DNA from: the human T2T-CHM13v2.0 reference genome, Homo sapiens
Strand: one strand, 5' to 3'
DNA length: 64,000 nucleotides
Assembly: GCF_009914755.1 (NCBI RefSeq)
Contig: NC_060926.1
Under the pieces are notes generated by a model. The model did no database searches and was not told the origin of the DNA. It saw only the letters and a program-made list of their open reading frames with translations. The translations under genes were made by a program, and so were the position numbers. Position 1 is the stretch's first letter. Each line of letters starts with the position of its first letter. Below, piece after piece: positions 27,961 through 51,162 of this stretch.

Positions 27961-28485
27961 GTGAAGGATATATATCCTGGTGTCTGACCAAACAACTGGG
28001 CATCATGGCCTAGCCAAGTTGACACATAAAACTAACCATCACATATGTTTTGACAAATTCATAGCTAAAGATAATAACTAGCTGAAAAATGGTCTGCAGA
28101 ATGACAGCAGAACACAAAAACCTTAAAAATTATACTTTTTTCTATTTTTCTTTTTTCTTTGATGTCCAGAGACACTTACTTAGTAATATACTTGTTATAT
28201 ATATTTGTTTTATCTTTTGACTGTAAGCTCCTTGAGGGTGGAATCACCTTCTATTATATCATTGTACATAGTGATATACAACATACATAGTGATATATTT
28301 ATAATAAATAGTGATATACATTGTACATACTGATATATTTACCACTTACTATATATCGATGTACATTACTATACATAGTACAATGATATACAGTAAGTGG
28401 TAAATGGATGTTAGTTCAGATAAATTACAGCTGCTGAGTTTTCCTCCTATTATATTATTATATTAAATAAAAGATAGCAATAATA

Positions 28486-28610
28486 GGCTGGGTGTGGTGG
28501 CTCACACTTGTAATCCCAGCACTTTGGAAGGCTGAGGCAGGATGACTTGAGCCGAGTTGTTTGAGACTAGCCTGAGCATATAGGGAGATCTTATCTCTAA
28601 AAAAAAATTT
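28486..28610 (+). mobile_element. Alu left monomer (FLAM/AluJ-like)
   Basis: ggctgggtgtggtggctcac.. ending in an A-run. Confidence 0.8.
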
Positions 28611-28611
28611 T

Positions 28612-28896
28612 GGCCAGGCACAGTGGTTCATGCCTGTAATCCTAGCACTTTGGGAGGCTGAGGTGGGCAGATCACTTGAGGTCAGGAGTTTGAGACCAGC
28701 CTGGCCAACATGGTGAAACCCTGACTCTATTAAAAGTACAAAAAAATTAGCCAGGCGTGGTGGCGCACACCTGTAGTCCCAGCTACTCAGGAGGCTGAGG
28801 CATGAGAATCGCTTGAACCTGGGAGGCAGAGGTTGCAGTGAGTCAAGATTGTGCCACTACACTCCAGCGTGGATGACAGAGTGAGACTGTCTCAAT

Positions 28897-28939
<43 letters not shown>
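28612..28939 (+). mobile_element. AluS with its tail replaced by an (ATC)n microsatellite
   Basis: Full dimer 28612-28895 followed by about 14 ATC units. Confidence 0.92.
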
Positions 28940-29140
28940 TCTGGAGCTCTGTTAATGGTTGAAGACTTTTGAACACATATTCCCAATTATAAAAATTAAA
29001 ACAAATTAGCATTCACTATCTCCTCTTCTGTAATTTGTATCGTGATCTGAAATTAACTATGAAATGATGACTTGAAAATATCCTAATACTTTAATGAAGG
29101 TTCCACAGTCATTTTAGGTGTAGAACTGGGCCTGCTTCAC

Positions 29141-29255
29141 AAGAATCGCTTGAACCCAGGAGGCGGAGGTTGCAGTGAGCTGAGATTGCGCCACTGCACT
29201 CCAGCCTGGCTGGCAGAGAGAGACTCTGTCTCAAAACAAACAAACAAACAAAAAA
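29141..29255 (+). mobile_element. Alu right-arm fragment
   Basis: agaatcgcttgaacccaggaggcggaggttgcagtgag.. with an (AAAC)n tail. Confidence 0.88.
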
Positions 29256-29931
29256 CTTGACCCACCTAGAGACCTATATGCTCCTTTCTCATTAAGAAGT
29301 GTTGGAGGCTCCACAAGGTTCTTTTCTAATGAAACGTTCTTAGAGATATAAACTAACAAGTCATTTTATCTGTCTTTCATTTAAAACTGTTGTCATTTTT
29401 ACCTCTTAATAACTTTTGGTAAATTATTTAAATGTTGAAACAACAAAAAGAATATTGAAAAGTACAGGGGATGGTTTAGAGAGTATTTATAAGTAATCTC
29501 CTTATATAGTTTCCTTGAACTCTAAGTAGGAAATGTAAAAAAGTGATGACATCCAAAGTCAGCTTCTTTTAGCTACTGCGTAAGAGTGAAAGGATACACT
29601 GCTGATTTTCAACATTAGAGTTTACCCTAACTCCATTTTGACTTTAAACTCCATGTTTAAAGCCAAACTGAAATCTCATCTAAAAACCTGAAGATGTTGT
29701 TACTGACCCACATGTTCCACGTGAGTGTAATTAGACTGTTAGTGATTTAAATTAGGATGTACATATTTTAAGGATTTTGGTGAGACTGGCTATTTTGGGA
29801 GAGAATATTGCTATGTGTATAAAGAGTTGGTTAAACAGTGCCTACTGATGGGAGTGTATAAATCTGTATAAATCCTTGACACTTCATAGTTCAATCTCAG
29901 AATTTATTCTGCAACACATCTGCAGTCATAC

Positions 29932-30229
29932 CTATGGGCCAGCATGGCAACTTGTCCCTGCATCAAGCACTGAAGTGTAGCTTTGGCTGGTATACCACAA
30001 CTCCAGTCCAGGAAGTAGTAGAGGGCATATACAGTTTGGGTGGCTGCAGATTTCTCTGAGAACAGCTTTCCTGATCCAGCATTGCAATGAGCCAATAATG
30101 CATCTTTTGAAGAAAAAAGCTTCCCCTTTGCCATCCCTCGCGGAGACAGGTCATATATGACATTGCAAATAGAACCACCTGAGGGCTTTCCTCCACTTTC
30201 TAATGGTTGCTTGACTCACAGAATTTTAT
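29932..30229 (-). pseudogene. Pseudo-exon
   Basis: aattacag/gtatga, 298 bp, phase 1->2, one stop: KIL*VKQPLESGGKPSGGSICNVIYDLSPRGMAKGKLFSSKDALLAHCNAGSGKLFSEKSAATQTVYALYYFLDWSCGIPAKATLQCLMQGQVAMLAH. Confidence 0.8.
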
Positions 30230-31029
30230 CTGTAATTAAATCTATTCCAGCTAACTTAGGAACAGACTCTGATAAAGATTATGGCTTTAGTGTAAAAGCC
30301 AGATAGAGTTGTTTTTTTTTCCCAGTTATAGACATTTCAGACCTGTATAATCTTTTACTCTCACTTTGTTTAGGTTTTCCAACTAGACTTTTGGCACTTG
30401 CTTGAATTTGTTTTTCAATTTTTTAATTTCCCAAAGGGCAGGCAATTTCAAAATCTTTGAAAATGGATACATGTATATTTTAAAATAAATATTTTATAAC
30501 GTATCTTTTATAAAGTATTTAAAATTGACTGAATTATAATGAAATGGATTGGCTTAATATCAGTGCCATAACATTTAGTTAACCTCAAATTCACTAAATA
30601 TGATGTATAAAAAGTTAGCATAATTCTACACAAAAAATTGTGTTTTACACCTCATTAGATTTCATTGATCTCAATCATAGTTATATATGCTACAGATGAG
30701 CTTAAACAGGATTTAGACCTTTAGGTGTTTCAAGCTTTATATTCCTTAGACTCTTAGAATATCTTTATAATTACTTGCTTCCAGATAGATTAAAAATCAT
30801 TATACATTGAAGAGATTAAACATTACTGTGTTTTGAAGAGATTAGTTTCTGAGAGAGAGAAAATGGTGTGATTGAAAAATGAAATCTTATCATCCTGCCT
30901 GAAATGTAATCCTGTGCACAAAAGAGTGAGGCAGAGAGGGCAGAGTTTAATGAATGTGCCCCGATGGTATTTTCTTGCATTCTATCATGTTGGAAAATAG
31001 AACTTACAGTTAATTTTTTTAACAGTCAC

Positions 31030-31291
31030 ATCTAGTTTTAGTGAGTTAGAGTCTGATATGGAGGGAATCTCAGAATCTACCTCCACATCAGATTTCGCTA
31101 GCTCAGAACTCACGGACTGAAAGTCAACCAGCCGTTCCATGTTGCACCCCAACCTCAAGGCAGCCAGAGAAGTCTCTTTTCACAGGACACTACAGTAGCA
31201 ATGACTTAGTCACCACTTGCCTTTGGTGTCTTCACAGTCCAGGATCTTAATAAAATCATTTATATTCTTGTAGTACACTGGATGTCTTCTC
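31030..31291 (-). pseudogene. Pseudo-exon
   Basis: ctcttaag acceptor; RRHPVYYKNINDFIKILDCEDTKG/fs/..TSLAALRLGCNMERLVDFQSVSSELAKSDVEVDSEIPSISDSNSLKL; donor position uncertain. Confidence 0.65.
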
Positions 31292-31629
31292 CTTAAGAGT
31301 GGTGGACATCCCAAAATGCATATTCATACAATTGATATATTTTCTTGTGTTAGTCTTTCTCAAACCTAGACCTGTGGCCCCTTTCAGAAAACCCATTAAA
31401 AGAGCATTCTGGGTTAAAAGTTTTTAAAAGAAAAGAGAGGCTGTCCATTAGAATCCTAATTACCATACCATTTTTTATTTCTATAACCTCCTTTGAAGAC
31501 TTTATTCTTTCCATTTCTTATCCCTTTCTCCCGATATATAAACAAAACAAATTCCAAAAATTGGTAGAAGTTCCAAAATAAATAAATAAATATTCTAAAC
31601 CATGGAAGAATGCAGAAAATGCTGTTAGT

Positions 31630-32040
31630 GGTCCACCAATATAAATTTTTCTCTTTTTCCATGGTAACAGAATCCCTGAATATGGCTACTCCAGAACAAG
31701 GACTCCTCTCCCCAGCCTTGCTTGCATCAAAACATGACTGTGTAACTAAGTTCTGGCCAATAAGAGGTATGCGACAATGTCACATGGAAGCATCTGAGAC
31801 ACTCTTTAAAAGAAGCATGCTCTTTCTTTGTTTCTTACTGTCTTCTGGCTAGAATTCAGATATGTGGCTGCAGCTCCTGCAGCTAAGGAAGAACCTTGGT
31901 AATGACACCTATTTCCCTAAGGGTCCCTCTTTAGTCTACCTGCTTCAGAAATGTTATGTAAAAGAAAAATTCACTTTTGTGTTGTTTCAACTACTATTTT
32001 GAGGGGAGCTTATCACTTTCAGCCATACCTAACCCTAACT
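31630..32040 (+). mobile_element. MLT1-like LTR
   Basis: tgtaactaagttctggccaat.., and a cagccatacctaaccctaact end. Confidence 0.6.
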
Positions 32041-32350
32041 TATATATTTAGTATTTGTCATCTTTATTGGAAAGATTTCTCCCCAAAATATTCATGACAA
32101 CTATATATTGCAATTGCTATAATTTGCAAGTAAAAAGATTAACAAACATTTTAAGTGTTGGCCTTTTTTATATTCATGTACCAAAAAGAAAATTTGTGCA
32201 TCCTGTATGCCAAACATAGTCGTATAAGAATTTTCATCTTTAAAATAATCATGACAAATAATCAATTCTCTCATTTTCTCAGATATCACTATTGATTTAA
32301 GAATAATCACGCTGATATAAATAATCATTGTGTAACTAATAATACCTTAC

Positions 32351-32513
32351 CCCAACTTTGTAGTTCAATTCTTTTGTGCCAGGTTTATTATTTTTTGAAA
32401 CATCCAAAAAATGATGGTGAAGATGGAGGTAGGGTAGGATGAGTAGAAGGTTTTGGAACAAGCAATATTATGGGATATCTCTGGCTGTAGTAACACTTTT
32501 ATCCAGATGGTAT
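32351..32513 (-). pseudogene. Pseudo-exon
   Basis: Strong sites aattttacag/gtaagg, 163 bp; the phase 1->2 frame DTIWIKVLLQPEISHN.. chains with neighbours (alternative frame YHLDKSVTTARDIP*YCLFQNLLL). Confidence 0.7.
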
Positions 32514-32689
32514 CTGTAAAATTTTGGATCAAGACAGACCCAAAGCCTAAAACATCAATTAGTGTGTATTAGTGATGTAGGGAAGAATTATAGTCAAGGA
32601 CAGCAAACTGTCAGAAGTAGATAAACTCAAGATAAAGGTTGGAAGGAATGTATAGGTTGGCAGCAGTGACCATGTTTTAGTTCAGCTCT

Positions 32690-33205
32690 TTCAACTATTG
32701 CAGACCTCCCCGTCCTCTACTCCTTCAAAAAGAAGACTCCAGTGGCTATCTCAATCTACTAATCCCTATGGGTTTCTTGGAATATTAAGTAGGTCCCCAT
32801 ACAGTTCAAATTCTTAACATTGGCATGTCTACTCCTTTTTCATCTCTGCCATTTGTCTTCCGTTTCCCTCTGGATAACCCCAACAGGCAGGCTATACTGT
32901 CCCCAGAATATTCTAAGCTTTTTCACATCTTGAGTCTTTGTGGGCATTGTTCCCTTCAGCCTGGAATGTCCCCCTCTCCCTTTTCTTTCCACCAATGACA
33001 GTTCAGACATCACTTTGTGGAGGAATGCTTCCTTCAGTCTCCCTGTGTCCTCCCCAGGCAGAGTAAAAGACTCCCTTCTCTGTGCTCCCACAGCACCTGA
33101 TATAGATCTCTATTATAGCACTTATCACATTTTATTGTGATAAAGTGTGTTTGGCTTTCTCTCCCACTACACTGAATTCCTTGGAAGCTGAGGCAGTCTT
33201 ATTCC
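32690..33205 (+). mobile_element. L2 fragment
   Basis: CT-rich L2 3' region (cctggaatgtcccctctcc.., ctcccactacactgaattccttg). Confidence 0.65.
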
Positions 33206-33287
33206 AGTGCCTACAGGTTTCCTGGGATTATCTCTGTGGGCCTCATTGCTGCAGAATGTGAAACATGACCCAGCAGCAGAAACATAC

Positions 33288-33403
33288 CACAGCAACCACA
33301 TCATTTAATACTACATTCCTGAAACGATCTGACTCTGGGCAGAATGTATTTGAGAATAGGCCAGATGATCTGGAAATGTTCTCCCAGATGTATGTTGACT
33401 CTT
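33288..33403 (-). pseudogene. Pseudo-exon
   Basis: ctctaag/gtatgt, 116 bp, RVNIHLGEHFQIIWPILKYILPRVRSFQECSIK*CGCC (another frame is also open). Confidence 0.65.
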
Positions 33404-34163
33404 CTTAGAGTATAACATCACAAATCAGGGGCTTTGAGGGTTGGATGTGACCAGATTCCTACCTCATATATTTTGTTGCAAATGCAAAAGCGTGTAGAGG
33501 AATAAGTTTTGTGTGTGTGTATCTTTCATGTCGCTCTAGTATCTCCCAAGTATAACTCTGGAGGTGGTTATCTCCCCAGTTCCTTCCATTTTGGCAGCAT
33601 TTTTGTCTTTAATATTCAAATACAGAAACTTAAACATTTCTCTTTCTCCCACATGTCTCCACGGATTCTTGTATGTCTGACATTTCCCCCAGTTATCTCT
33701 GGTTCCAATATCTTGTATTGAATTTTGATCTCTAATCTGAAACTCACCTTCTATACCCCATCCTCCTTCCTCTGACCCCCATCCCCCCTGCCATGGAAGT
33801 AAGACTTGGATACTTTTATTTTCCTGGTGAACCACTAGTGTGTAAATCAGGTTTTACTAAAGTTGAAGGGAAATAGCATAGGATCTTCTAGGAAATAACT
33901 TCAAAATTAGTAGTAGGCCTCACTCATAAAATGCCAGTATCATTTCCCTGCCAAGGGAATTCCTTACTGGCCAGAATTCCTTAGGCCAGAGCTTGCCATC
34001 CTCTTCTCTGGTCTCTATCTCTCCCATTAAGATTCTTCACTTTTCCTCTCCTGCTTCAATCTGACAGTTTTCTAATAGACTTATATTTTGTACAGAGAAA
34101 TTTCACTTTCCCTGTACTCACTCAACCTCTAATAAGTCTAATAAGTTCTTAGTCTATATTTAC

Positions 34164-34301
34164 ATCACCAAAAGCAACTGGGAAACTCTGATAAACAAAG
34201 TGTGATCACCTCTAGCCTTCAACAGCGCAATGAACCAGCAAAAGCATTGAAAATCCAATTTGTATTCTAATATAATTGAATTCTTAGACAAGACTCCTTC
34301 C
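34164..34301 (-). pseudogene. Pseudo-exon
   Basis: ttttcttttgcatactgaaag/gtaaat, 138 bp (symmetrical); frame ambiguous (EGVLSKNSIILEYKLDF.. or GKESCLRIQLY*NTNWIFNAF..). Confidence 0.65.
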
Positions 34302-34355
34302 CTTTCAGTATGCAAAAGAAAAACAGGCTCACAAAGTAAGCTCCCAGAGTTCATG

Positions 34356-34359
<4 letters not shown>

Positions 34360-34397
<38 letters not shown>
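34360..34397. repeat. (CA)n microsatellite inside a short former intron
   Basis: About 19 CA units. Confidence 0.97.
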
Positions 34398-34402
<5 letters not shown>

Positions 34403-34413
34403 ACTGTAGGTAC

Positions 34414-34688
34414 CTAAATTTTTGATCAGGTTCTTGTGTACATGGTTTTTGAATGTTTGGTGAAGTGATTCATAATCCACATTCTGTTCATATGTAACAA
34501 ACAGATAGTCTCAGATTGGAGGTATGGTTTCCTCAGCCAGAAATCAGGGGCTGAGAATTTTCCTTAGCTTTCCAGGAAAGGTGTATACAGCAAACCATTC
34601 ATGAGGGTATACAGAATCCATCTCTTTGTGTGGGCTTTTCAATAGCCTTGAGAATAATGTGTACATTCCAAAGGCTTCCCAGAGCAGC
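34414..34688 (-). pseudogene. Pseudo-exon
   Basis: aatcctag/gtacct, 275 bp, phase 2->1, LLWEAFGMYTLFSRLLKSPHKEMDSVYPHEWFAVYTFPGKLRKILSP*FLAEETIPPI*DYLFVTYEQNVDYESLHQTFKNHVHKNLIKNL. Confidence 0.8.
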
Positions 34689-35516
34689 CTAGGATTGAGC
34701 ACAAAGTCAACATTGTGCCCTGCTTTTTTGTGCTAACATGGTAGTCTTGTCTAAGCACCAAGGTACTAGAGGACAAGCCCGTGACATTTAGCTGCTGTAG
34801 TAGAGAAACACATGAGTATTATGTGACTCTTTGTTCCCAATGTCATTGTCTACACAGTACAAGGAAAGTGCAATCAAAGAGAAAAACCATGTTTTTGTAA
34901 ACCTCATCATCTTACTAACACAGCTAACTTGACTGGGTATACTGGTAGGAATGTAGACAGTGTAACCCAGGATTAATGAAGACAAGCCTGAGACCTTTTT
35001 CTCTTCATGAGCCCTGTATCTAACACATAAACGTCAGCTCTTTATTTAACACCTGTGAGCCAGCATTATAAAGAAGACCAAGCACGCATGTATGTACTAA
35101 CACAAATCACATCATTATCAAATAGAAAAACAAGCTAGTGAGTAAACGAAGAGTAGGGAGTGAGCATATTCATACACGCTCAATATTTGCATCAGCAGTG
35201 TCCTATCACCTCTATAAGTTAATAAGTTATACTGAAACAGGAAGCAAGGAGAAAGTGGGAGAGAGGGCAACATACACTAACCTGTTGTTTCACATTTACA
35301 CAGTAGCAGTATGGAACTTAAAACTTAATCACTATAATGTAAATTATTTCATTTAGTCTATGTTATCTGCAATTCATAGTTGAGAAAACTAAGGTTCAGA
35401 GAAGTTGGGTAGCATGATTAAGACCACATAGCTACCAAAGGATAGAGTATGAACTCAAAGGTGTTATAATGTCTATATAGATTTTCTTCTATGAGCTTTA
35501 CTGGAAACAGGTTTAC

Positions 35517-35683
35517 CCTGCACATTACACAGAAAATTCTGCTGTCATATCATATAATACCAGCTGTCTCCAGAAACTTCTCTGCTGAACCATATGCTCA
35601 GCTCCTGGGTAAACTTCCCATCTTTTTTGTCATTTTCTTATATTTTTCAGATGTTTACAAATCATTACAAAGTGTTAGAGGAT
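35517..35683 (-). pseudogene. Pseudo-exon (acceptor AG lost)
   Basis: gtaaac donor, phase 0->2, IL*HFVMICKHLKNIRK*QKRWEVYPGAEHMVQQRSFWRQLVLYDMTAEFSV*CAG. Confidence 0.72.
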
Positions 35684-35809
35684 ATTAAACAGACAAAGAA
35701 TATTGAGGTTTAAAAGAAGGTAAATATTTATCGATTCAGAACTAAGTTAGAATCACCCTAAAGTCAGAGTTTAAATGTAAGTCCATGCTAAAAAAAAAAA
35801 AAAAGTTAT

Positions 35810-35939
35810 CTCTCGCTTTTAAGGCTTCCGATGGAAGTGAAAAGACACTCAAAGGACAAGAGGTACAGCCTTTATCAGAGCCCAGGTTCTCTACTTTGTG
35901 AATAAACGGGAGAGAAATTGTCCTCTTTTGCACTCAAAT
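35810..35939 (-). pseudogene. Pseudo-exon (donor apparently GT->AT)
   Basis: gttcctag/ataact, phase 2->0, FECKRGQFLSRLFTK*RTWALIKAVPLVL*VSFHFHRKP*KRE. Confidence 0.68.
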
Positions 35940-36099
35940 CTAGGAACACTTGAAGATCTTCTATATGTGGATAGGGTGGGAGGAAAAACGGAATTCAGCT
36001 GTCTTCTAAATCTCATCTTTTTAAATGAAATTTTTACAAAAGCAGTCATTTCATAGATAATATTCTTTTAACTTTGCATATATTCAGGATGGGGAGTAC

Positions 36100-36171
36100 C
36101 ATTCTTTTATTGCATAATTCCGGTTATTTTTTAAACATAGTTCGATGGAGGAAAAAATAGTTCTCTGAAAC
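36100..36171 (-). pseudogene. Pseudo-exon
   Basis: gattctag/gtactc, 72 bp, phase 2->2, FQRTIFSSIELCLKNNRNYAIKE. Confidence 0.6.
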
Positions 36172-36475
36172 CTAGAATCAACATGGCAAGAAGTTTGTCT
36201 CCATTATTGTCTTCTGACCACATTTATTTTAAAATAAGTTAAATGTGGCACAGTGGGGCTTCCTATCTATTTTATTTAGCCTTGAGAGTTACAGCCCCAC
36301 AGCACTGAAGCACTAGGAAGAGAGTGTAAGGGACAGTAGGGAAAGAGAGGGAGAGAGAGGGAGGGAAGGAAAGACAGGTTCTACTCTGAAAAGCGGAGAC
36401 GGGAGGGGTTAGGGCAAATAGGATGTACTACCTTGACCACAAGTCACAGAAACAAATTAAAGCCTAATTCCTCAC

Positions 36476-36692
36476 CCTATTCTGTCCAAGAGAATAGTAG
36501 AAAGGAAAAAGTAGAGGAATTTTTCTGGAATTTGTGTAATAGACTGAAAGCCTATTTGAGGCTAATAGTGAAGAACTGATCTTAACTATCTTCTGGACAT
36601 AGAGTGCATTCAAAATCAGCTCCAGCATCAAGGAAGATGAGGTTCTTTCAGGTGATGGGCTGAGCTTGTGCATTTTCCTAGTCTTTGTCTCC
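36476..36692 (-). pseudogene. Pseudo-exon
   Basis: caaacag/gtgagg; GDKD*ENAQAQPIT*KNLIFLDAGADFECTLCPEDS/fs/LRSVLHY*PQIGFQSITQIPEKFLYFFLSTILLDRIG. Confidence 0.68.
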
Positions 36693-37059
36693 CTGTTTGA
36701 TAGCAGGATTATATGAATATAATGTATTTATTATTTAAGGTACTTGTTAAACATTTATCTTCAAAGAGGCATTTGAACATAACAGACTTGTCATTTTAGT
36801 AAAATGGTAAGAACCTGGATTATGGAGGAAAAGCACCTGCCATATGGTGATGTTTCAGTTTCTCTCCCTTCCCTAGTGGTAAACTGAGTGCTGGTTTGCC
36901 CCAGTAGAACAATAAACAGGTACTTAGGGCACAGAAAAACCAGTGGAAATTTATTGGCTAGACTCATATATTTGATATGTTTTTTAAAGCATTAAAGGCC
37001 AATAATCACGCAAAAAGGTACTTAAGTCACCAATTATTAGGAAAAGGAAAAATCAAAAC

Positions 37060-38148
37060 CATTAGAAGGATAATAGAGGAAGACCATGAACAACTCTGTG
37101 CCCACAAATTTTAGAAGTTAGATGAAATGGGTAAATTCCTCGAAAGACAATATCTGCCAAAACTCACACAAGAAGAAATAGACAGTCTGGATAGGTCTTT
37201 ATTAAAGATATTTAATCAATGACTAAAAACCTTCCAAAACAGAAAGCACCAGGCCAAGATGTGTTAACTGGTGACTGGTGAACTCTTTCAAATATTTAAG
37301 AAAGAAATTATGTATATTCTCTTCCATCTCTTCCAGAAGATAGAAGCAGAGAAAATACTTCCTAACTCATTCTATGAGGTTGTCATTACCCTAATACCAA
37401 ATCAAATGAAAACATTATAAGAAAAGAAAACTACAGACCAATATCTCATATGAACCTAGAAGCAAAAATCCTCAACAAAATATTGGCAAATTGAATCTAA
37501 CAATGTATAAAAAGAATTATGTGCCATGACCAAGTGGGATTATTCCGAGGCATGCAAAGAGTGGTTCAAAACTTGAACATCAATTAATGTAACCCATCAA
37601 CAGTCTAAATAATACAAATCCCATAATCATATCAATAAATGCAAAATAAAGCATCTGGCAACTCTCATTCACAATAAAACTCTTAGCAAACTATGAATAG
37701 AGGGAAAAATGCTCAACTTGATAAAGAACATCTACAGAAAACCTAGAGCTAACACCATACTTAACAGTGAGAAAACTTTTCTGTTACGATCAGGAACAAG
37801 TAATGAATGTTCCTCCTCAGGCTCAGCACTTCTTTTTAATCTCATACTAGAAGCCCTGGCTAAAGCAACATAGCAAGAAAAGAAAAAGTAGACCAATTGA
37901 GAATGCAGAAATAAAACTTTGTTCTCAGATTACATAATTGCTTATGTAGAAAATCTGAAAGAATGAACAAAAAACTTCTGGAATTATAGGCTGGAAGGAT
38001 GGGAGAATGGGAAGTTAGTGTTTAATGGGTATAGAGTTCCAGCTGGGGAAGATGAAAAAGTTCTGAAAATAGATGGTAGTAGGGGTTGGACAACAATGTG
38101 ACTGTATTTAATAGAGCAGAACTGTGCACTTAAAAATGGTTAAAATGG
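37060..38148 (+). mobile_element. Old L1M ORF2 fragment joined to an L1MB-type 3' end (tail resumes at 45272-45320)
   Basis: RT-region remnants; gttagtgtttaatgggtatagagttcc..ttaaaaatggttaaaatgg 3' UTR. Confidence 0.75.
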
Positions 38149-45271
<7,123 letters not shown>

Positions 45272-45523
45272 AATGGTTAAAATGGTAATATTTATGTATA
45301 TTTTACCACAATAAAAAAGGAAAGACAGCCTTAAAATACTCAAGATGGTTTAAAAAACAGAAATTCATTGAACTTCCTTGCTCTTATTTTATAGTGTAAG
45401 AGCAAGCAATAGTCTCATTATTGTTATTATTTTGTTTAAACATGGGTGGGTAGGATACCAAATATTTTCTCAGCTTAGGGCTCCAGATTTTAATTTAGTC
45501 CTGAGTAAATCCGTTTTCTGGAC

Positions 45524-45812
45524 CTACACAAGAATGTTAATAGGTTATTCAGAATAACTAGTTTTGTGGGAATTCATGTTCTCTCTCTCAAAGAGTCACA
45601 ATAAGAGCAGCATCTAGATATCACTGGAGGTTTTTTACAAGCTTTGATATTTTGGGAACAGTGGAACACTGTGTCAGGACACTTCCTGTACTATTTTTCC
45701 AGTTTACAGAGATACCATGAGAAAGAAGGCTTGGTATCAGGGCATATGGTAAACATGCGTGGTGAGGAGTTCAGGAAAATAAATTGTTGCTATGCCCAAC
45801 AAAGTATTTAAT
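45524..45812 (-). pseudogene. Pseudo-exon (acceptor degraded)
   Basis: LNTLLGIATIYFPELLTTHVYHMP*YQAFFLMVSL*TGKIVQEVS*HSVPLFPKYQSL..PINILV*; gtccag donor in phase 0 fits the next exon. Confidence 0.55.
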
Positions 45813-45949
45813 ATAGAAAGGCAGAAATGCAAATATTATTCAATTGACTTTATAACTGACTTGTGCATTCAACTAATATTTATTGAGCTGCTAGACACTG
45901 AGAATAAAATTGAACAAAATGCTGTTCTAATTTTCAAAAGTTTACAGAC

Positions 45950-46398
45950 CAGGAGGGGTGAGTATCTTTGGAGAGGTATCTGTGTCTTCATGTAGAAACA
46001 TGGTCTCATCTCCTAATCCCAGAATTACTGTGAAGAGATTGTTAACTCCTTCTCATAAAGATGTGGATCTTTATGAGTTTGCATTTGCAACTACTTGTCA
46101 TTTAAAAGAAATGTATTATTTTCTATCTGAAGTGTACTTGGAATAAGAGAAATACTGTCCCTTTCAATTGCAGGGTAGTGTCTTGTTTGTTTGCCATGGA
46201 GGGGGCACCAAATATTCTGTCCTCTTCCACAGTAACTCAGGTTGGGCCTCTGACTTCTGGGGTTGTGGCCAGAACAGAGAAACAAAGGCTTAGAAAATCT
46301 TTTCCCTTTTTCCATACTTCTTCATTTGATGACACATACTTATTCACCTTCAGGCCTCAGCTTTGTATGCCACTTTCCCTAGTGTGCCATGGGGCATT
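45950..46398 (-). pseudogene. Pseudo-exon (boundaries uncertain)
   Basis: APWHTRESGIQS*GLKVNKYVSSNEEVWKKGKDFLSLCFSVLATTPEVRGPT*VTVEEDRIFGAP..GTVFLLFQVHFR. Confidence 0.5.
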
Positions 46399-46459
46399 TT
46401 ACAAAAAGTTAACATCCCAAAAAGAAGTGTTTGGAGAATGTTCCAGACGAACAGAGATG

Positions 46460-46830
46460 ATAAAGATAAAATGAATGCAATGAGATATCTTGACTAGATT
46501 GTAATTTGAGGAAAAAAATTATAAAAGACATTTTGAGACACACATTTCAAAATTTAGAAAATGGACTAGGTATTAGATACATTAAGGAATTATTTTTAGT
46601 TATTTTTATAATGGTATTGTGGGTATATAAAAGAATATCCTGATATTAGGAAATGTATGCTGAAATCTTTAGAGATGAATTGTCACAAGGTGTACAAATT
46701 ACGTTTAAATGGTTTTGCAAATACAGGCAGCAAATATGACAAAATGTTAATCATTGAATCAATGTAGTGGTGGGTATAGGGTGTTCATTGTATCATCATT
46801 TTCACTGAATGTTTGAAATTGGTGACGAAG
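46460..46830 (+). mobile_element. Old L1M 3' fragment
   Basis: atggactaggtattagatacattaaggaatta.. L1ME/MD-type 3' UTR. Confidence 0.55.
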
Positions 46831-47272
46831 GAAAACTGAGTTCTAATCCCGAATGTAACATGAATACACTCCTCCCAGTCCTCAGTATCCTCATGTGTGA
46901 AGTAAGAGAATTGGACTTGACTACATCTGTGGTGCTTCTTGTCACATTGGTAAGTCAGGAGAAGTCCGCTTCCTTCGTGACTGATTTCATTTCCAGATAC
47001 TGTTTTCTTTTTTTTTTTTTTTTTTTTTTTTGGTTTGGTCTTTTTTTTTTCTTTTTTTTTTTTTTTTATTATACTTTAAGTCTTAGGGTACATGTGCACA
47101 TTGTGCAGGTTAGTTACATATGTATACATGTGCCATGCTGGTGCGCTGCACCCACTAACTCATCATCTAGCCTTAGGTATATCTCCCAATGCTATCCCTC
47201 CCCGCTCCCCCTACCCCACCACAGTCCCCAGAGTGTGATATTCCCCTTCATGTGTCCATGTGATCTCATTGT

Positions 47273-51126
<3,854 letters not shown>

Positions 51127-51162
51127 TTAGTTGATGCAGTTTCTTCCTAGTCTCGATGGTCT

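Noticed and set aside
28255-28395. Irregular repeats of ACATAGTGATATA
   Set aside because: Degenerate AT-rich minisatellite within an L2 remnant; no CRISPR-like repeat-spacer structure, and the context is eukaryotic.
32180-32290. Open minus-strand frame KMRELIICHDYFKDENSYTTMFGIQDAQIFFL as an extra exon
   Set aside because: It would need an intron of only ~60-75 nt with a weak acceptor, and the flanking exons already join in phase without it; unresolved without an orthologue.
34160-34480. 106-aa ORF containing a CVCVCV run
   Set aside because: It reads through a former intron and its (CA)n tract; it is not a real protein.
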